Origin: a virus
Taxonomy: Duplodnaviria > Caudoviricetes
Strand: one strand, 5' to 3'
Length of the DNA stretch: 41,378 nt
IMG/VR virus record: IMGVR_UViG_3300030102_000576
Coordinates: 1-41,378 of that record
This document shows positions 1-8,611 of this stretch, in pieces. The notes below the pieces were generated by a model. It was not told the origin of the DNA, did not search any database, and saw nothing but the letters and a program-made list of their open reading frames with translations. The position numbers and the translations under genes are program-made. Each line of letters opens with the position of its first letter. Positions within the stretch are counted from its first letter, which is position 1.

Positions 1-333
1 AAAACCACCTAAGTAATCTTGATCCATTGTTGAAATCACAGTATTAAACCGCTTATCATTTATTTTAAGTGCATCTGCCAATCCATCAATGCCTGACTTC
101 ATTCTTGCGACTAAATTGTCACGGTCATAACACCGCCTATCAGGTGGTATAAAGGTCATCTCTAAAACAAGGCGTTCTGGTAATGAATCATATTTATATT
201 TTTTTAGTTGTTCCTTAGAAACACTATTGCAAATAGCTCGGTATTCTTTTTTAGCTTTAGCTAGTCTTGCCCAATGTAATCTAGCGTTAGGACTTAGATC
301 ACTTGGTGGCCAACCTAAAACTATTTCAATCAT
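1..333 (-). CDS. rusA: RusA-like Holliday junction resolvase (3' end runs off the window)
   Basis: Manually translated, not in the ORF track: MIEIVLGWPPSDLSPNARLHW...FIPPDRRCYDRDNLVARMKSGIDGLADALKINDKRF. Shows the P-S-N start, the D-x-D-N motif and the D-G-L...D-D-like acidic residues typical of RusA. Confidence 0.8.
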   Translation of the reverse strand, partial: MIEIVLGWPPSDLSPNARLHWARLAKAKKEYRAICNSVSKEQLKKYKYDSLPERLVLEMTFIPPDRRCYDRDNLVARMKSGIDGLADALKINDKRFNTVISTMDQDYLGGF

Positions 334-478
334 GTTGTTGCTCCAACTCAGCTATACGTTTAACAATAGCTCTATATTGAACTATGTATGATTTAGGATT
401 CAGTCCTTCAAATCTGTACTTAACTTGTAGGTTCATAAGTTTCTGTTTGTAGTTTGCAATTTCTAGAATGTTGCTCAT
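326..478 (-). CDS. small hypothetical protein (50 aa)
   Basis: Manual translation MSNILEIANYKQKLMNLQVKYRFEGLNPKSYIVQYRAIVKRIAELEQQHD. Its stop overlaps the rusA start and it fills the operon gap. Confidence 0.6.
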   Translation of the reverse strand: MSNILEIANYKQKLMNLQVKYRFEGLNPKSYIVQYRAIVKRIAELEQQHD

Positions 479-1223
479 TTCTTTTTGGGTACGGTTTAAT
501 AAATTCTGCTATTTGTTTTTTGTAGTGTTGCTTTTCTTTTTTGTTACCTAAAAAATAAAAGTATCTACCCTTACTAGCCTGCGGTACAAACTCCGCATCA
601 GGAAATCTTTTTAATATTTCTTCTTGACTTTCTGTGCCATACCTTATGTGCATTGTACGACTACCATATATTTTACCGTTTATTTTTACACCAAACCTAT
701 CGTTCTCCCTACTGTTTACTTTAGGATTGTTTTCTCTCATAGATCCTATGTAAACAAAATTGCAGGCTTGATAGATAGTACCTATCTCACCTGCTTGAGG
801 ATCTACAGTTGCTGTAACAACCTTGTATTTTTCTGGCAACATCTTCATAGATGTAGTTATTAATTTGGATGCACTGTGCGGATGCGACCAATGTACACAA
901 GCACCTCTTGATAACAAGATCATCTTGCCTGTGTAATCGTACTTGTCCCAGTGCCCTAGGTTCTCACTGTATTCAACCGAATAAACTACAGCTCCACCAA
1001 GGTTACCTTCAAAGTAAATACCAAAACAATACTTGACCATAGCAGGCATACATTGCAACCACTCATATCTTTGTATAAGGTTTGCTGCTGTCTTGTAATC
1101 AATGGGTTTGACTTCAGCTTTTTTAATGTCTGTGTCTACCTGCTCCCACCATTTGCCAAACAAGTTCCATGCATCTTCCTCGGCCATCTTATCTTTGATA
1201 AGTTTTTGATGTGCAACTGTCAT
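420..1223 (-). CDS. mom: Mom-like (GNAT-fold) DNA adenine modification protein
   Basis: Motifs LSRG...SKLITTSMKML, TVDPQAGEIGTIYQACNFVYIG, K-x-RY and near-terminal PYPK match the phage Mu Mom family pattern. Confidence 0.75.
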   Translation of the reverse strand: MTVAHQKLIKDKMAEEDAWNLFGKWWEQVDTDIKKAEVKPIDYKTAANLIQRYEWLQCMPAMVKYCFGIYFEGNLGGAVVYSVEYSENLGHWDKYDYTGKMILLSRGACVHWSHPHSASKLITTSMKMLPEKYKVVTATVDPQAGEIGTIYQACNFVYIGSMRENNPKVNSRENDRFGVKINGKIYGSRTMHIRYGTESQEEILKRFPDAEFVPQASKGRYFYFLGNKKEKQHYKKQIAEFIKPYPKRNEQHSRNCKLQTETYEPTS

Positions 1224-1468
1224 GTATTACTGCAATCAACTAAATTTAATCTGTAGTTTGGAACACCGTTGCGTTCTTCGGCAGGTATGCCCATGCGTTT
1301 TTCTCGCTCCCATGCATCACGCATTCTGCAATACAACTGCTCGTCATATTTTGCATCCATAAAATCATATCTACCTGCAATGCCCATAACAATAAAAAAT
1401 GTAATGAACACTCCAAGAGTAATCATCGTACCTCTAAAAGGTATGTAAATGTCATAGCGTTTTTTCAT
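1220..1468 (-). CDS. hypothetical protein with one N-terminal hydrophobic segment
   Basis: 82-aa ORF with MITLGVFITFFIVMGIAG; ATGA coupling to the mom-like gene; GGAG upstream. Confidence 0.6.
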   Translation of the reverse strand: MKKRYDIYIPFRGTMITLGVFITFFIVMGIAGRYDFMDAKYDEQLYCRMRDAWEREKRMGIPAEERNGVPNYRLNLVDCSNT

Positions 1469-1547
1469 TTAGTCTCCATAGTTTGATAAGGGTTTCTAGT
1501 TCTTTGATGCGAGCAGTAGCTGCAGCAATTTTTTCTTTAGTGTTCAT
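1452..1547 (-). CDS. small hypothetical peptide (31 aa)
   Basis: Manual translation MNTKEKIAAATARIKELETLIKLWRLNEKTL; ATGA overlap with the dnaC-like stop. Confidence 0.55.
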   Translation of the reverse strand: MNTKEKIAAATARIKELETLIKLWRLNEKTL

Positions 1548-2320
1548 AGATTTTTTCTATAACTTTCCCAATCAAAACCAATCATCTTACCACCGTTCTC
1601 ACGTAACCTATCAGTTACACGTTCACCAAGGTAATCGTTTAGTTGATCAGTAGGAATGTTAGATAAAAGAATAGATGGTTTAAGTTTTTCATAGCGTTCA
1701 TTGAGTACATCAAACAACAATTGTTTTTCAAACTCTGACCCAAACTGCACACCTACCTCGTCCAGTATCAACAAATCAGGCGATGCAAATGCATCTACTA
1801 CTTCGCTTTCTGTTTCGGTTTTAGTGTGCCAACTATCTTTTACCCTTCTTATAAGACGTTGTACGGTGACAAATAAAGGTGACCGTTGTTGTTGCATTAT
1901 GCTCAACGCAATGCCGATAGCTAAGTGGGTTTTGCCAGTACCTACCTTGCCAACAAAGATTGCAGAACGTCCTGTTTTTAAAACCTGATCAAAATTTTCT
2001 GCATACTCTTTTGCAAAAGCTAATGCTTTTTTCTGACCAGTTGTTTTAGCTATGTAGCTATCCAATGTGCGATCCTTAAATCTATCTGGTATAGCTGCAC
2101 CCTTTATCTTACCTAACCATTTACGATTTGCACGTTCTTTCGCTTGTGCTCTGTACTTTTCTTCTTCTTGCTTTTCTATCTTCTCCCTTTTTATGGCTAC
2201 GCAACTAGGACAATCTGTCCAATGCTCACCTATAAAGTTTGTTGATGTATAGTCACCATGCCTAGAACATTTTCCTATTCTTGTTTTTTTATTTTTGTTT
2301 ATTAAATTATCTAGGCTCAT
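1544..2320 (-). CDS. dnaC: DnaC/IstB-like AAA+ helicase loader
   Basis: N-terminal CxxH...CxxC, IPDRF, Walker A GKVGTGKT, Walker B LLILDEVG, RYE...PSILLSN, GERVTDRL; lies directly downstream of the initiator. Confidence 0.9.
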   Translation of the reverse strand: MSLDNLINKNKKTRIGKCSRHGDYTSTNFIGEHWTDCPSCVAIKREKIEKQEEEKYRAQAKERANRKWLGKIKGAAIPDRFKDRTLDSYIAKTTGQKKALAFAKEYAENFDQVLKTGRSAIFVGKVGTGKTHLAIGIALSIMQQQRSPLFVTVQRLIRRVKDSWHTKTETESEVVDAFASPDLLILDEVGVQFGSEFEKQLLFDVLNERYEKLKPSILLSNIPTDQLNDYLGERVTDRLRENGGKMIGFDWESYRKNL

Positions 2321-2985
2321 ATGTCTTGCTCTCCTTCAAAGTAAGTTTGATTTGACAAGACTAATTTCTTAACCTCTCTGTCACTAATTACCCACTCTGA
2401 TTTAAAACCACGCCATCCTCTAACCTGACACATAGTTAAAGCTTCTTCCAATGTGATACTAGCTTTTGCTGCTTCACTTGTTATACCTTTAAGTGCTGTT
2501 TCTGTTAATGGTGCTTTGACGTTCTTCCTATGTTTTAAAAAATCATCCCAAGTTTTTTTAGTAACAGTGTTGGGACGCTTTAGCGTCTTACTAATTGGTT
2601 TATGTTTCTTGGTTATTGGTTCTTGTTTATTGGTTGGTTGAACGTCTGTCGAACTGGCGTTAGATCTAGCAAGAGCTGATGCTTTGCCTGCCCTTGATGC
2701 TGCTTGTACCTTGGCGTGGTACTTTTCTATCTCTTCATCTGCTCTACGCAGTGTCCACCCTTTGCCAGTGTCTAAATTAAAATACTCTGTCAGTATTTGA
2801 TTAACCTCTGTCGGATTGTCTGGCATCCTGATAAGTCGGGCAACTTGTGTTACATCTTCGGGCAATGGTTTTTCATGCAAATAGTAAATGTCCATGCATC
2901 TTCTATATGCGAGATCTTCAAGCAAACTTAAATGGCCTGTGTGGCTCATGTAATCGCTGATGTTGTAGGAAAAATAATGCATCAT
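2317..2985 (-). CDS. phage replication initiator, DUF1376/YdaU family (lambda O analogue)
   Basis: MHYFSYNISDYMSHTGHLSLLEDLAYRRCMDIYYLHEKPLP N-terminus and WDDF...RK...APLT...GWRGFKSEW C-terminal domain. Start moved to ATG 2985, which gives ATGA coupling with the upstream gene. Confidence 0.8.
   Translation of the reverse strand: MMHYFSYNISDYMSHTGHLSLLEDLAYRRCMDIYYLHEKPLPEDVTQVARLIRMPDNPTEVNQILTEYFNLDTGKGWTLRRADEEIEKYHAKVQAASRAGKASALARSNASSTDVQPTNKQEPITKKHKPISKTLKRPNTVTKKTWDDFLKHRKNVKAPLTETALKGITSEAAKASITLEEALTMCQVRGWRGFKSEWVISDREVKKLVLSNQTYFEGEQDI
2594..2635. repeat. six tandem imperfect heptamers in the initiator linker; candidate replication origin
   Basis: ATTGGTT TATGTTT CTTGGTT ATTGGTT CTTGTTT ATTGGTT read directly. 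Lambdoid origins lie within the initiator gene. Confidence 0.55.
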
Positions 2986-3179
2986 ACTGTCGTGTTCGCT
3001 TCTAACCATTCTTGTACATGGATTCTCATGTACCGAACCAAGCCCCTAGTTTTAAAAAACTTGGGACCTGTTCCGTTTGACCTCCACTTACGTAAAGTTT
3101 GTTCGTTGACTTTTAAATGGTCAGCTACTTCTTTTGAAGTAAGTAATGTAATATCTAGCGGTGGTTTACTGTTGGTCAT
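2982..3179 (-). CDS. excisionase/AlpA-like HTH DNA-binding protein
   Basis: LLTSKEVADHLKVNEQTLRKWRSNGTGPKF...VRY...VQEWL is the typical HTH_17/MerR-like Xis pattern. Confidence 0.8.
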   Translation of the reverse strand: MTNSKPPLDITLLTSKEVADHLKVNEQTLRKWRSNGTGPKFFKTRGLVRYMRIHVQEWLEANTTV

Positions 3180-4017
3180 TGTTTACCTCCTTATGCTTTC
3201 TAGATTCTTGTTGACCTTTTAATTCTTCAATTAAATTATTAGCCATAACCGATGCATCAGATTCATCTAAACCAATAGATTGTTTTAATCGAGACAATGG
3301 TTTAGTTTCTTCTGGAGGTGTAATGTCTACAGGTTTTCTGTCTGTATCAAATCCAGAAGCTTCTAAGTCTGCTTTCATTACTGCGTCAACGTCAGCAGAT
3401 GATGGTAGTTTTTTGGACATTCTTCTGATAACAGTTTTCTTTGCCATCTCGTCATACCACTCTTTCCAAGGACCATATTGGCCTGACCTAGAAGTTCTCC
3501 TAACTTTCTCTACCTCATCGATTGTCATCACTTCCCTGTAAATACCACCGTCTTTTGTTTTGGCTATTGCGTAAACAGCAATCTGTCTACCTCTGTCACC
3601 AAGTAACAATGGTTTGTGAACGATACGCTCATCATCTCCTAATTCATAATCAAAAAGATCTTTTTCGTATACAACATGGGCAGCTATGCTCATAAGCATT
3701 CCACTGTTACGAATCTTTTTCAGCAGGCCGTTAAGCATGGGCATATAAACCACAGACTTACCACCCTTACCACCAAAGATTACAGGAGCTGCTTCTCTAC
3801 CATCGAGAAGCAATCCATCTTGTGCAGCTTTCATGCAAGTGCCATACAAACTTTTTCTGTCTGCTTGTAATAGGTCAGGATTCATCTGCACTGCTGTAAT
3901 TGTTGTGCGGATAAATTTTTCTACAGGTATTTGTGGTGGCAAAGCAGCTTCAAACTCTTTGCTCATAGATGTTAGTGCCTGACGCACTGCGTCCATTGGT
4001 GTGATTGATGATGTCAT
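3166..4017 (-). CDS. recT: RecT-family single-strand annealing recombinase
   Basis: ALPPQIPVEKFIR, SLYGTCMKAAQDGL, VYEKDLF, GPWKEWYDEMAKKTVIRR..K.LP.S are RecT signatures. Confidence 0.93.
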   Translation of the reverse strand: MTSSITPMDAVRQALTSMSKEFEAALPPQIPVEKFIRTTITAVQMNPDLLQADRKSLYGTCMKAAQDGLLLDGREAAPVIFGGKGGKSVVYMPMLNGLLKKIRNSGMLMSIAAHVVYEKDLFDYELGDDERIVHKPLLLGDRGRQIAVYAIAKTKDGGIYREVMTIDEVEKVRRTSRSGQYGPWKEWYDEMAKKTVIRRMSKKLPSSADVDAVMKADLEASGFDTDRKPVDITPPEETKPLSRLKQSIGLDESDASVMANNLIEELKGQQESRKHKEVNNDQQ

Positions 4018-4021
4018 TTGT

Positions 4022-4966
4022 TTAGTTTGATTTAGGTGAATTGAAACGGAACATTCTGTAAGACTTTCTTGGGTTTACATACTGTCCGACCATGTCTTGG
4101 GTAATAAGTTTTCCCTTACTTTCTTTGCTCATGCCACAAGAGATTGTTCCATTGGCTGAAATAATCTTGGATGCATTCTGACTTAGATCTAAAATCTGTG
4201 CCTTAATTGCATCTTTTGTTTTACCCAGTGAATAGTATTCCCTGCTCACTGTGTTGTATTCATCAACCAACTTATCCATGTCCTCATCAGCAGCAAGAAT
4301 TACACCTGCTTCTGCTTGGTTACGTAGTTTTTTAATGATGTAGTCAGCATCTCGTAAGTAATCAATTTTAGGTGGAGTACCTGCATCGACTCTGTTCCAG
4401 AATGCTTTTACTTTTTCAGTTATGTCGTTACCAATCTGTCTGTCTCTATCTCGGTAGATAATTTTTTGTGTGTTACCACCGACCAAACAAACAAGAGCTG
4501 TCCAATCTAAATTGGCTACCTCCATTTGGTGTTGAATCTGAAGTTCGATATGTTCTGGCCCTTCGATGTTCACGCCATCATCTTTCCAGTTATTGCGGTA
4601 GGCAACTGCGTCTACGTTCTTAATTTCTAGAATGCCATCGCCATCTTCAACACTATGTATTTTGTAGTCAAAGGAACTTCCAAGTCTGTTTTCATTTCTC
4701 ATGTAAACATCAAACTTAGAAATATCCCATCCCATATCTTCAGCAGCTCCATGAGCTATTGCTGATTCTAAATTTCTGCCCCAACGCATTCTTTCGTTGT
4801 CAGAAATTTCTACGATTGTTTGGTTTCTTTTTTCTTGGTAAAGATCAAACTCTGTTCTGTATGGTGACAAGTCATACAATGCTGAGACTTCTGTTGAAGT
4901 AATGTCGTGTAGTCTTGCTTGTAACCATGATTGTTTATCGGTTACTGGAATTGTTTCCGTTGTCAT
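4022..4966 (-). CDS. YqaJ/lambda-exonuclease family nuclease
   Basis: WLQARLHDITSTEV, WGRNLE, SSFD, LEIK, QIQHQM; adjacent to recT. Confidence 0.9.
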   Translation of the reverse strand: MTTETIPVTDKQSWLQARLHDITSTEVSALYDLSPYRTEFDLYQEKRNQTIVEISDNERMRWGRNLESAIAHGAAEDMGWDISKFDVYMRNENRLGSSFDYKIHSVEDGDGILEIKNVDAVAYRNNWKDDGVNIEGPEHIELQIQHQMEVANLDWTALVCLVGGNTQKIIYRDRDRQIGNDITEKVKAFWNRVDAGTPPKIDYLRDADYIIKKLRNQAEAGVILAADEDMDKLVDEYNTVSREYYSLGKTKDAIKAQILDLSQNASKIISANGTISCGMSKESKGKLITQDMVGQYVNPRKSYRMFRFNSPKSN

Positions 4967-5199
4967 AGGTTTAGTTCTCCTTGTTGTTCTTGTTTTGGGA
5001 TTGAATAAACAGCAACTTTCTTGCCGTTTTTTAATTTTTTGATTTCTGTCTTGATGTTATGGCCTGACTCTTTTAGATCTAAGATCCTTGCTGAGAGTCT
5101 GAAACATCCATACAGTTCGAGGGCATCTATTGGAGTGAGTGGTCCATAGTGCTGAAGGTGTTCGAGGATTCTTTCACCTTGGCTTCTTTTGGGGGTCAT
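4963..5199 (-). CDS. winged-helix DNA-binding protein (HTH_39-like)
   Basis: SQGERILEHL...LTPIDALELYGCFRLSARILDLKESGHNI...VAVY. Confidence 0.8.
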   Translation of the reverse strand: MTPKRSQGERILEHLQHYGPLTPIDALELYGCFRLSARILDLKESGHNIKTEIKKLKNGKKVAVYSIPKQEQQGELNL

Positions 5200-5402
5200 G
5201 CTAGTTCAACCCCCAAGTTCTTTTTTGCTGCTTCTTCACAATCAAATTTGTTATCAGTGAGTGCGGTAATAATTAAACTTTCTTTATCCCTGCCGTAGGT
5301 TAATTTAATTAATCTATAGAACCTTGATTCTTGTGATGAATCTTCTAAAGGTAGGATTGGACCTACCTCTATGTTTGTGACGTTGTGAATGTTTAGGTTC
5401 AT
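5196..5402 (-). CDS. hypothetical protein (68 aa)
   Basis: Start reassigned to MNLNIHNV at 5402, which gives ATGA coupling on both sides. Confidence 0.6.
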   Translation of the reverse strand: MNLNIHNVTNIEVGPILPLEDSSQESRFYRLIKLTYGRDKESLIITALTDNKFDCEEAAKKNLGVELA

Positions 5403-5710
5403 AGCTCTGGATTTTTTTGAAAGTCTACATAGTCTTGATCTGGCACGACTTCCATTTTCCATCTGCCAGTAGTGACCATTGGATTGCAACTGCTCCAAGT
5501 AGGATCTTCTTTGTCGTACTCGTAATCAGTAAGAAGATGTTCCTTTTCTTCGTCAATGCGACCTGTTAATTTTTTAGTTCTTGTTTTAGAGCTATCAATG
5601 TTTGAAGGATAAGGCCAGACAATATTTGAAATAGAATGATCTATTTCTCTTAATCTGTCACGAACAGAGTATTCGCTGTTGGCATAAAAGGTAACTGTAA
5701 ATTTTCTCAT
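5399..5710 (-). CDS. hypothetical protein
   Basis: 103-aa ORF, ATGA-coupled in the early operon. Confidence 0.65.
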   Translation of the reverse strand: MRKFTVTFYANSEYSVRDRLREIDHSISNIVWPYPSNIDSSKTRTKKLTGRIDEEKEHLLTDYEYDKEDPTWSSCNPMVTTGRWKMEVVPDQDYVDFQKNPEL

Positions 5711-5853
5711 GGGTTTAAAAAAGAGATGTACTGAGGGTGGTCTTGTAATTCACATTCGAGTCTGAGTTCTTCGTCCCAGTTTTCTGATGTGTGTTTCTCG
5801 TAAGGAAGGTTAGCCAAGAAGGCCAACCTTTCTAGTTTCTGAAGATCGTTCAT
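5707..5853 (-). CDS. small hypothetical protein (48 aa)
   Basis: Manual translation MNDLQKLERLAFLANLPYEKHTSENWDEELRLECELQDHPQYISFLNP; ATGA overlaps at both ends. Confidence 0.7.
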   Translation of the reverse strand: MNDLQKLERLAFLANLPYEKHTSENWDEELRLECELQDHPQYISFLNP

Positions 5854-6356
5854 AGATCTTCCCTCAAACAAACATATCCATATAGCTTTTTCAGACGTTT
5901 ACCTCTGCTATCCCATGTATCCCAGATAGCTCCATCTCTAACTGCTACCCAGTGTCTGTTGACATGAGCTATGCATCTGTCAGGAAGATTACCTGCATGA
6001 AAATACATATAGATTTCTTTGCCTGCACAATCGGTATTGGTTGTGTGCTTGTAAACAACATCAAGACCAAGGTCTTTTAATGTTTCCATGCAAGCTTCTT
6101 TATTTAAACCTTTACCTGCATCAGGAGTGGTTCTGTAAATGTAATCTTGTGCTGCTACAGACCAATAGCTATTGTCATCAGCATTTAGTCTTTTGTTTGT
6201 AGTAGCAAGTTTAAAAACTTTTTCGTAGTCTTGGTCAAAAGCTAAACATATAGCTCTGACTCCGCAATCCCTAATTAATTCCTTTTGAGGATGTGGGTTG
6301 CGTTTCATGTATCTCAAACCTGAGTGGTGTGATGATTTTGGAAATTGAACTGTCAT
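5850..6356 (-). CDS. hypothetical protein, probable papain-like Cys-His-Asp fold
   Basis: DCGVRAIC ... HWVAVRDG.IWDTWDS spacing resembles C39-like peptidase folds. The ORF is solid; the function is inferred. Confidence 0.55.
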   Translation of the reverse strand: MTVQFPKSSHHSGLRYMKRNPHPQKELIRDCGVRAICLAFDQDYEKVFKLATTNKRLNADDNSYWSVAAQDYIYRTTPDAGKGLNKEACMETLKDLGLDVVYKHTTNTDCAGKEIYMYFHAGNLPDRCIAHVNRHWVAVRDGAIWDTWDSRGKRLKKLYGYVCLREDL

Positions 6357-6404
6357 TAGATTTTGTAAATAAAAATTGTAAGGGATCTAATTTGAAGGAG
6401 ATAT

Positions 6405-6446
6405 GAGTCCTTCATGGAAGGCTCGGAAGCCCTCCAAGAAAGATTC
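6405..6446 (-). other. intergenic long imperfect stem-loop
   Basis: Minus strand GAATCTTTCTTGGAGGGCT-TCCG-AGCCTTCCATGAAGGACTC, about 17 pairs including G-U; no U tract. Confidence 0.5.
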
Positions 6447-6455
6447 AGTAATCAG

Positions 6456-7457
6456 TTACCAGATAGCTGATTTGAAATGCTCTCTGTTGTTGCAGGTAAG
6501 GCTAAAGATTGATCTAACCTTTTCCTCATTGTTTAACCAAGCTTGAACTTGTTTCTTGTAATGTTCAACAACCTCAAGCTCTTTGGTTAGATTTGAAACA
6601 TACCATTCTTGGTCAAATGTAACTCCATGAAATCTAGTTTCAGTGCGTTCTTTAGCAGCTTGAATGCCTACTGGAGATAGCTCCTTTGTAAGCTTCTTGA
6701 TTTCTTTGTCAGCCCATCTGTCGATCTGGTCTGGTAGTTTTGCAAATCTCTCCCACTTGGCTTCGTTCTTTGCAATTAGTTCAGCTTGCTTGGCATCTGC
6801 CTTTGCTTGCTTCTCCTGCTCAGTAAGTCTCTGAAGAACTGTTTTGCCTTCTTGCCTAGCACCTCTTCTGTCACTTCTGAACTGAACGTATTGTGTAAGG
6901 TAACCATTTGCTGAGTTAGCTCCGTAACGGTAGTTCCAAATCATTTTGGTGTAGATCTTAAACTCTTCACCTTTCTCTGTAGTACCAATCACAAAGCCTT
7001 CAATAAAGTAGCCCTTGCCAAGTTCTAAGTTGATGTCAGTGATCTTGTCAGTAACTGCAAGATGACCGTTGACTCTGCTTTCTAAAAGACCAACGCTCTG
7101 TCTTGTCTGTGCCTTTGCATTTTCTTTGACAGCGTCATAATTAACTGTGCAGCTCTTTGGTCTGTAGTAGTCAGTGTATGGTGTATCCCACTCATGCTCT
7201 GGCTCAGTCTGGAAAAACTCAATGTTAAGTAAACCACCAACGTGCTTATGCCAATTGATTTTTTGCTCAACATCTGTTGCCTGACCTCTGACCCACTTAG
7301 TACGCATATAGAAATGATACTTCTCACCTCTTTGCTCTCTGGCTGCCCAATCGCCATTCCATTCTGCTGCTCTAAGTTCAACAGCAGACTCTAATTTCTC
7401 ATAGATCTCTTGCTCTAAGTGATTTACAAGTGTTGTTGGAAGTTTGAATTGTGTCAT
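6456..7457 (-). CDS. hypothetical protein, first gene of the leftward early operon
   Basis: 333-aa ORF; no family recognised. Confidence 0.8.
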   Translation of the reverse strand: MTQFKLPTTLVNHLEQEIYEKLESAVELRAAEWNGDWAAREQRGEKYHFYMRTKWVRGQATDVEQKINWHKHVGGLLNIEFFQTEPEHEWDTPYTDYYRPKSCTVNYDAVKENAKAQTRQSVGLLESRVNGHLAVTDKITDINLELGKGYFIEGFVIGTTEKGEEFKIYTKMIWNYRYGANSANGYLTQYVQFRSDRRGARQEGKTVLQRLTEQEKQAKADAKQAELIAKNEAKWERFAKLPDQIDRWADKEIKKLTKELSPVGIQAAKERTETRFHGVTFDQEWYVSNLTKELEVVEHYKKQVQAWLNNEEKVRSIFSLTCNNREHFKSAIW

Positions 7458-7517
7458 TTGTTTGTTGTTAATGAATTAGTAAGGGAAACAAAACACTCGG
7501 CAAGCGAGTGATACCCT

Positions 7518-7546
7518 AGATTAACATGGATATCAACATACGTCAA
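7518..7546 (-). promoter_or_regulatory. sigma70-type leftward early promoter
   Basis: TTGACG (7546-7541), 17-nt spacer ending TGT, TAATCT (7523-7518): a -35 plus an extended -10. Confidence 0.65.
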
Positions 7547-7610
7547 CAACAATCTACAAGTTAGGTAATGTTTGGATTGCTAAGTGTTGAATAAATGTCA
7601 TCATATATAT

Positions 7611-7814
7611 ATGACTCCTGTAGAACTTTGTATCTCCCACTTTGGTGGGTTAAGACAGTTGGCAAAAGCCATACATAGAGATCCTGCTGCCGTAAGTCGG
7701 TGGAAATCTACGCATGGTTGCATTCCTCATACTGTCCAAAAAAAATTGCTGCAAGCAGCATGGGATAGAGGTATCAATATCTCAGCTCACGATATTATCT
7801 TTGCCAAAGAATGA
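7611..7814 (+). CDS. Cro/YdaS-like HTH regulator
   Basis: ISHFGGLRQLAKAIHRDPAAVSRW...G.IP pattern; divergent from the early operon; ATG 7611 preferred as start. Confidence 0.8.
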   Translation: MTPVELCISHFGGLRQLAKAIHRDPAAVSRWKSTHGCIPHTVQKKLLQAAWDRGINISAHDIIFAKE

Positions 7815-8440
7815 ACTATCAATACGATTTATTTAATGAAAGTGGTAAAACGCACAATGCCATAAAGCATGACAGATTAAGAGCTAAACAATCTGATTAT
7901 CTAGATAGCCACCATCACCCACAAGAAAAAATAAAACAGTTATGCAAACTAGATAATTATATTTATGGCGACATACTGGAGCTGTTTGCAGGGCAGGGTA
8001 ATTTATCTAAACACTACAAAACAAAAGGTAATTTATATAAATGTACAAAAGAAACTACAGGTGATAGTTTCCAACATTTATTTGAATTAATTAATAATAA
8101 AAAAAGTTTTGATGTTATTGATATTGATTCTTATGGTTATCCAAGCCAGTTCATGGACAATGTTTGGCACGTAATGAAACCTACAAGCACTTTGATAATT
8201 ACTTTTCCAGTTATGGGTGTTCAATGTGTTAACGGAATAGTCGAACAACACTTTATTAATTTTTGGAGGTCCGCAAGGCCAACCACAGGTGATGTAGTAG
8301 GAGCTGTAACTGACTACGGATTAAAGTATTGGTACTTACCTAAACTTATTGATGTTGTAAAAATAAAACCTATCTGGAGATTTGTTTTTCAATGTGTCAG
8401 AGTAAAAGCAACTGAATTTTGTACAACTAAAAACAGGTAA
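7811..8440 (+). CDS. class I SAM-dependent methyltransferase-like protein
   Basis: Motif I ILELFAGQG and strand-4 motif FDVIDIDSYGYP. Confidence 0.7.
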   Translation: MNYQYDLFNESGKTHNAIKHDRLRAKQSDYLDSHHHPQEKIKQLCKLDNYIYGDILELFAGQGNLSKHYKTKGNLYKCTKETTGDSFQHLFELINNKKSFDVIDIDSYGYPSQFMDNVWHVMKPTSTLIITFPVMGVQCVNGIVEQHFINFWRSARPTTGDVVGAVTDYGLKYWYLPKLIDVVKIKPIWRFVFQCVRVKATEFCTTKNR

Positions 8441-8442
8441 TT

Positions 8443-8607
8443 ATGAATTGTTATTGGTGTCTCAGTACAGAACTAATCACTGGCGGTGATATCGACATAG
8501 AAGAGGGCATGAATGGTTACCCTGAGTTCTCAGTGATGACTAATCTTACTTGTCCTAAATGTCACAGTGAATACGAGATATTAAAAAAAAGAGATGCTTT
8601 TGACTAA
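8443..8607 (+). CDS. small zinc-ribbon protein (54 aa)
   Basis: Manual translation MNCYWCLSTELITGGDIDIEEGMNGYPEFSVMTNLTCPKCHSEYEILKKRDAFD; two CxxC pairs. Confidence 0.75.
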   Translation: MNCYWCLSTELITGGDIDIEEGMNGYPEFSVMTNLTCPKCHSEYEILKKRDAFD

Positions 8608-8611
8608 CCAC

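Noticed and set aside
7082-7381. 99-aa alternate-frame ORF within the 333-aa early gene
   Set aside because: TTG start, no evident RBS, no recognisable protein features.
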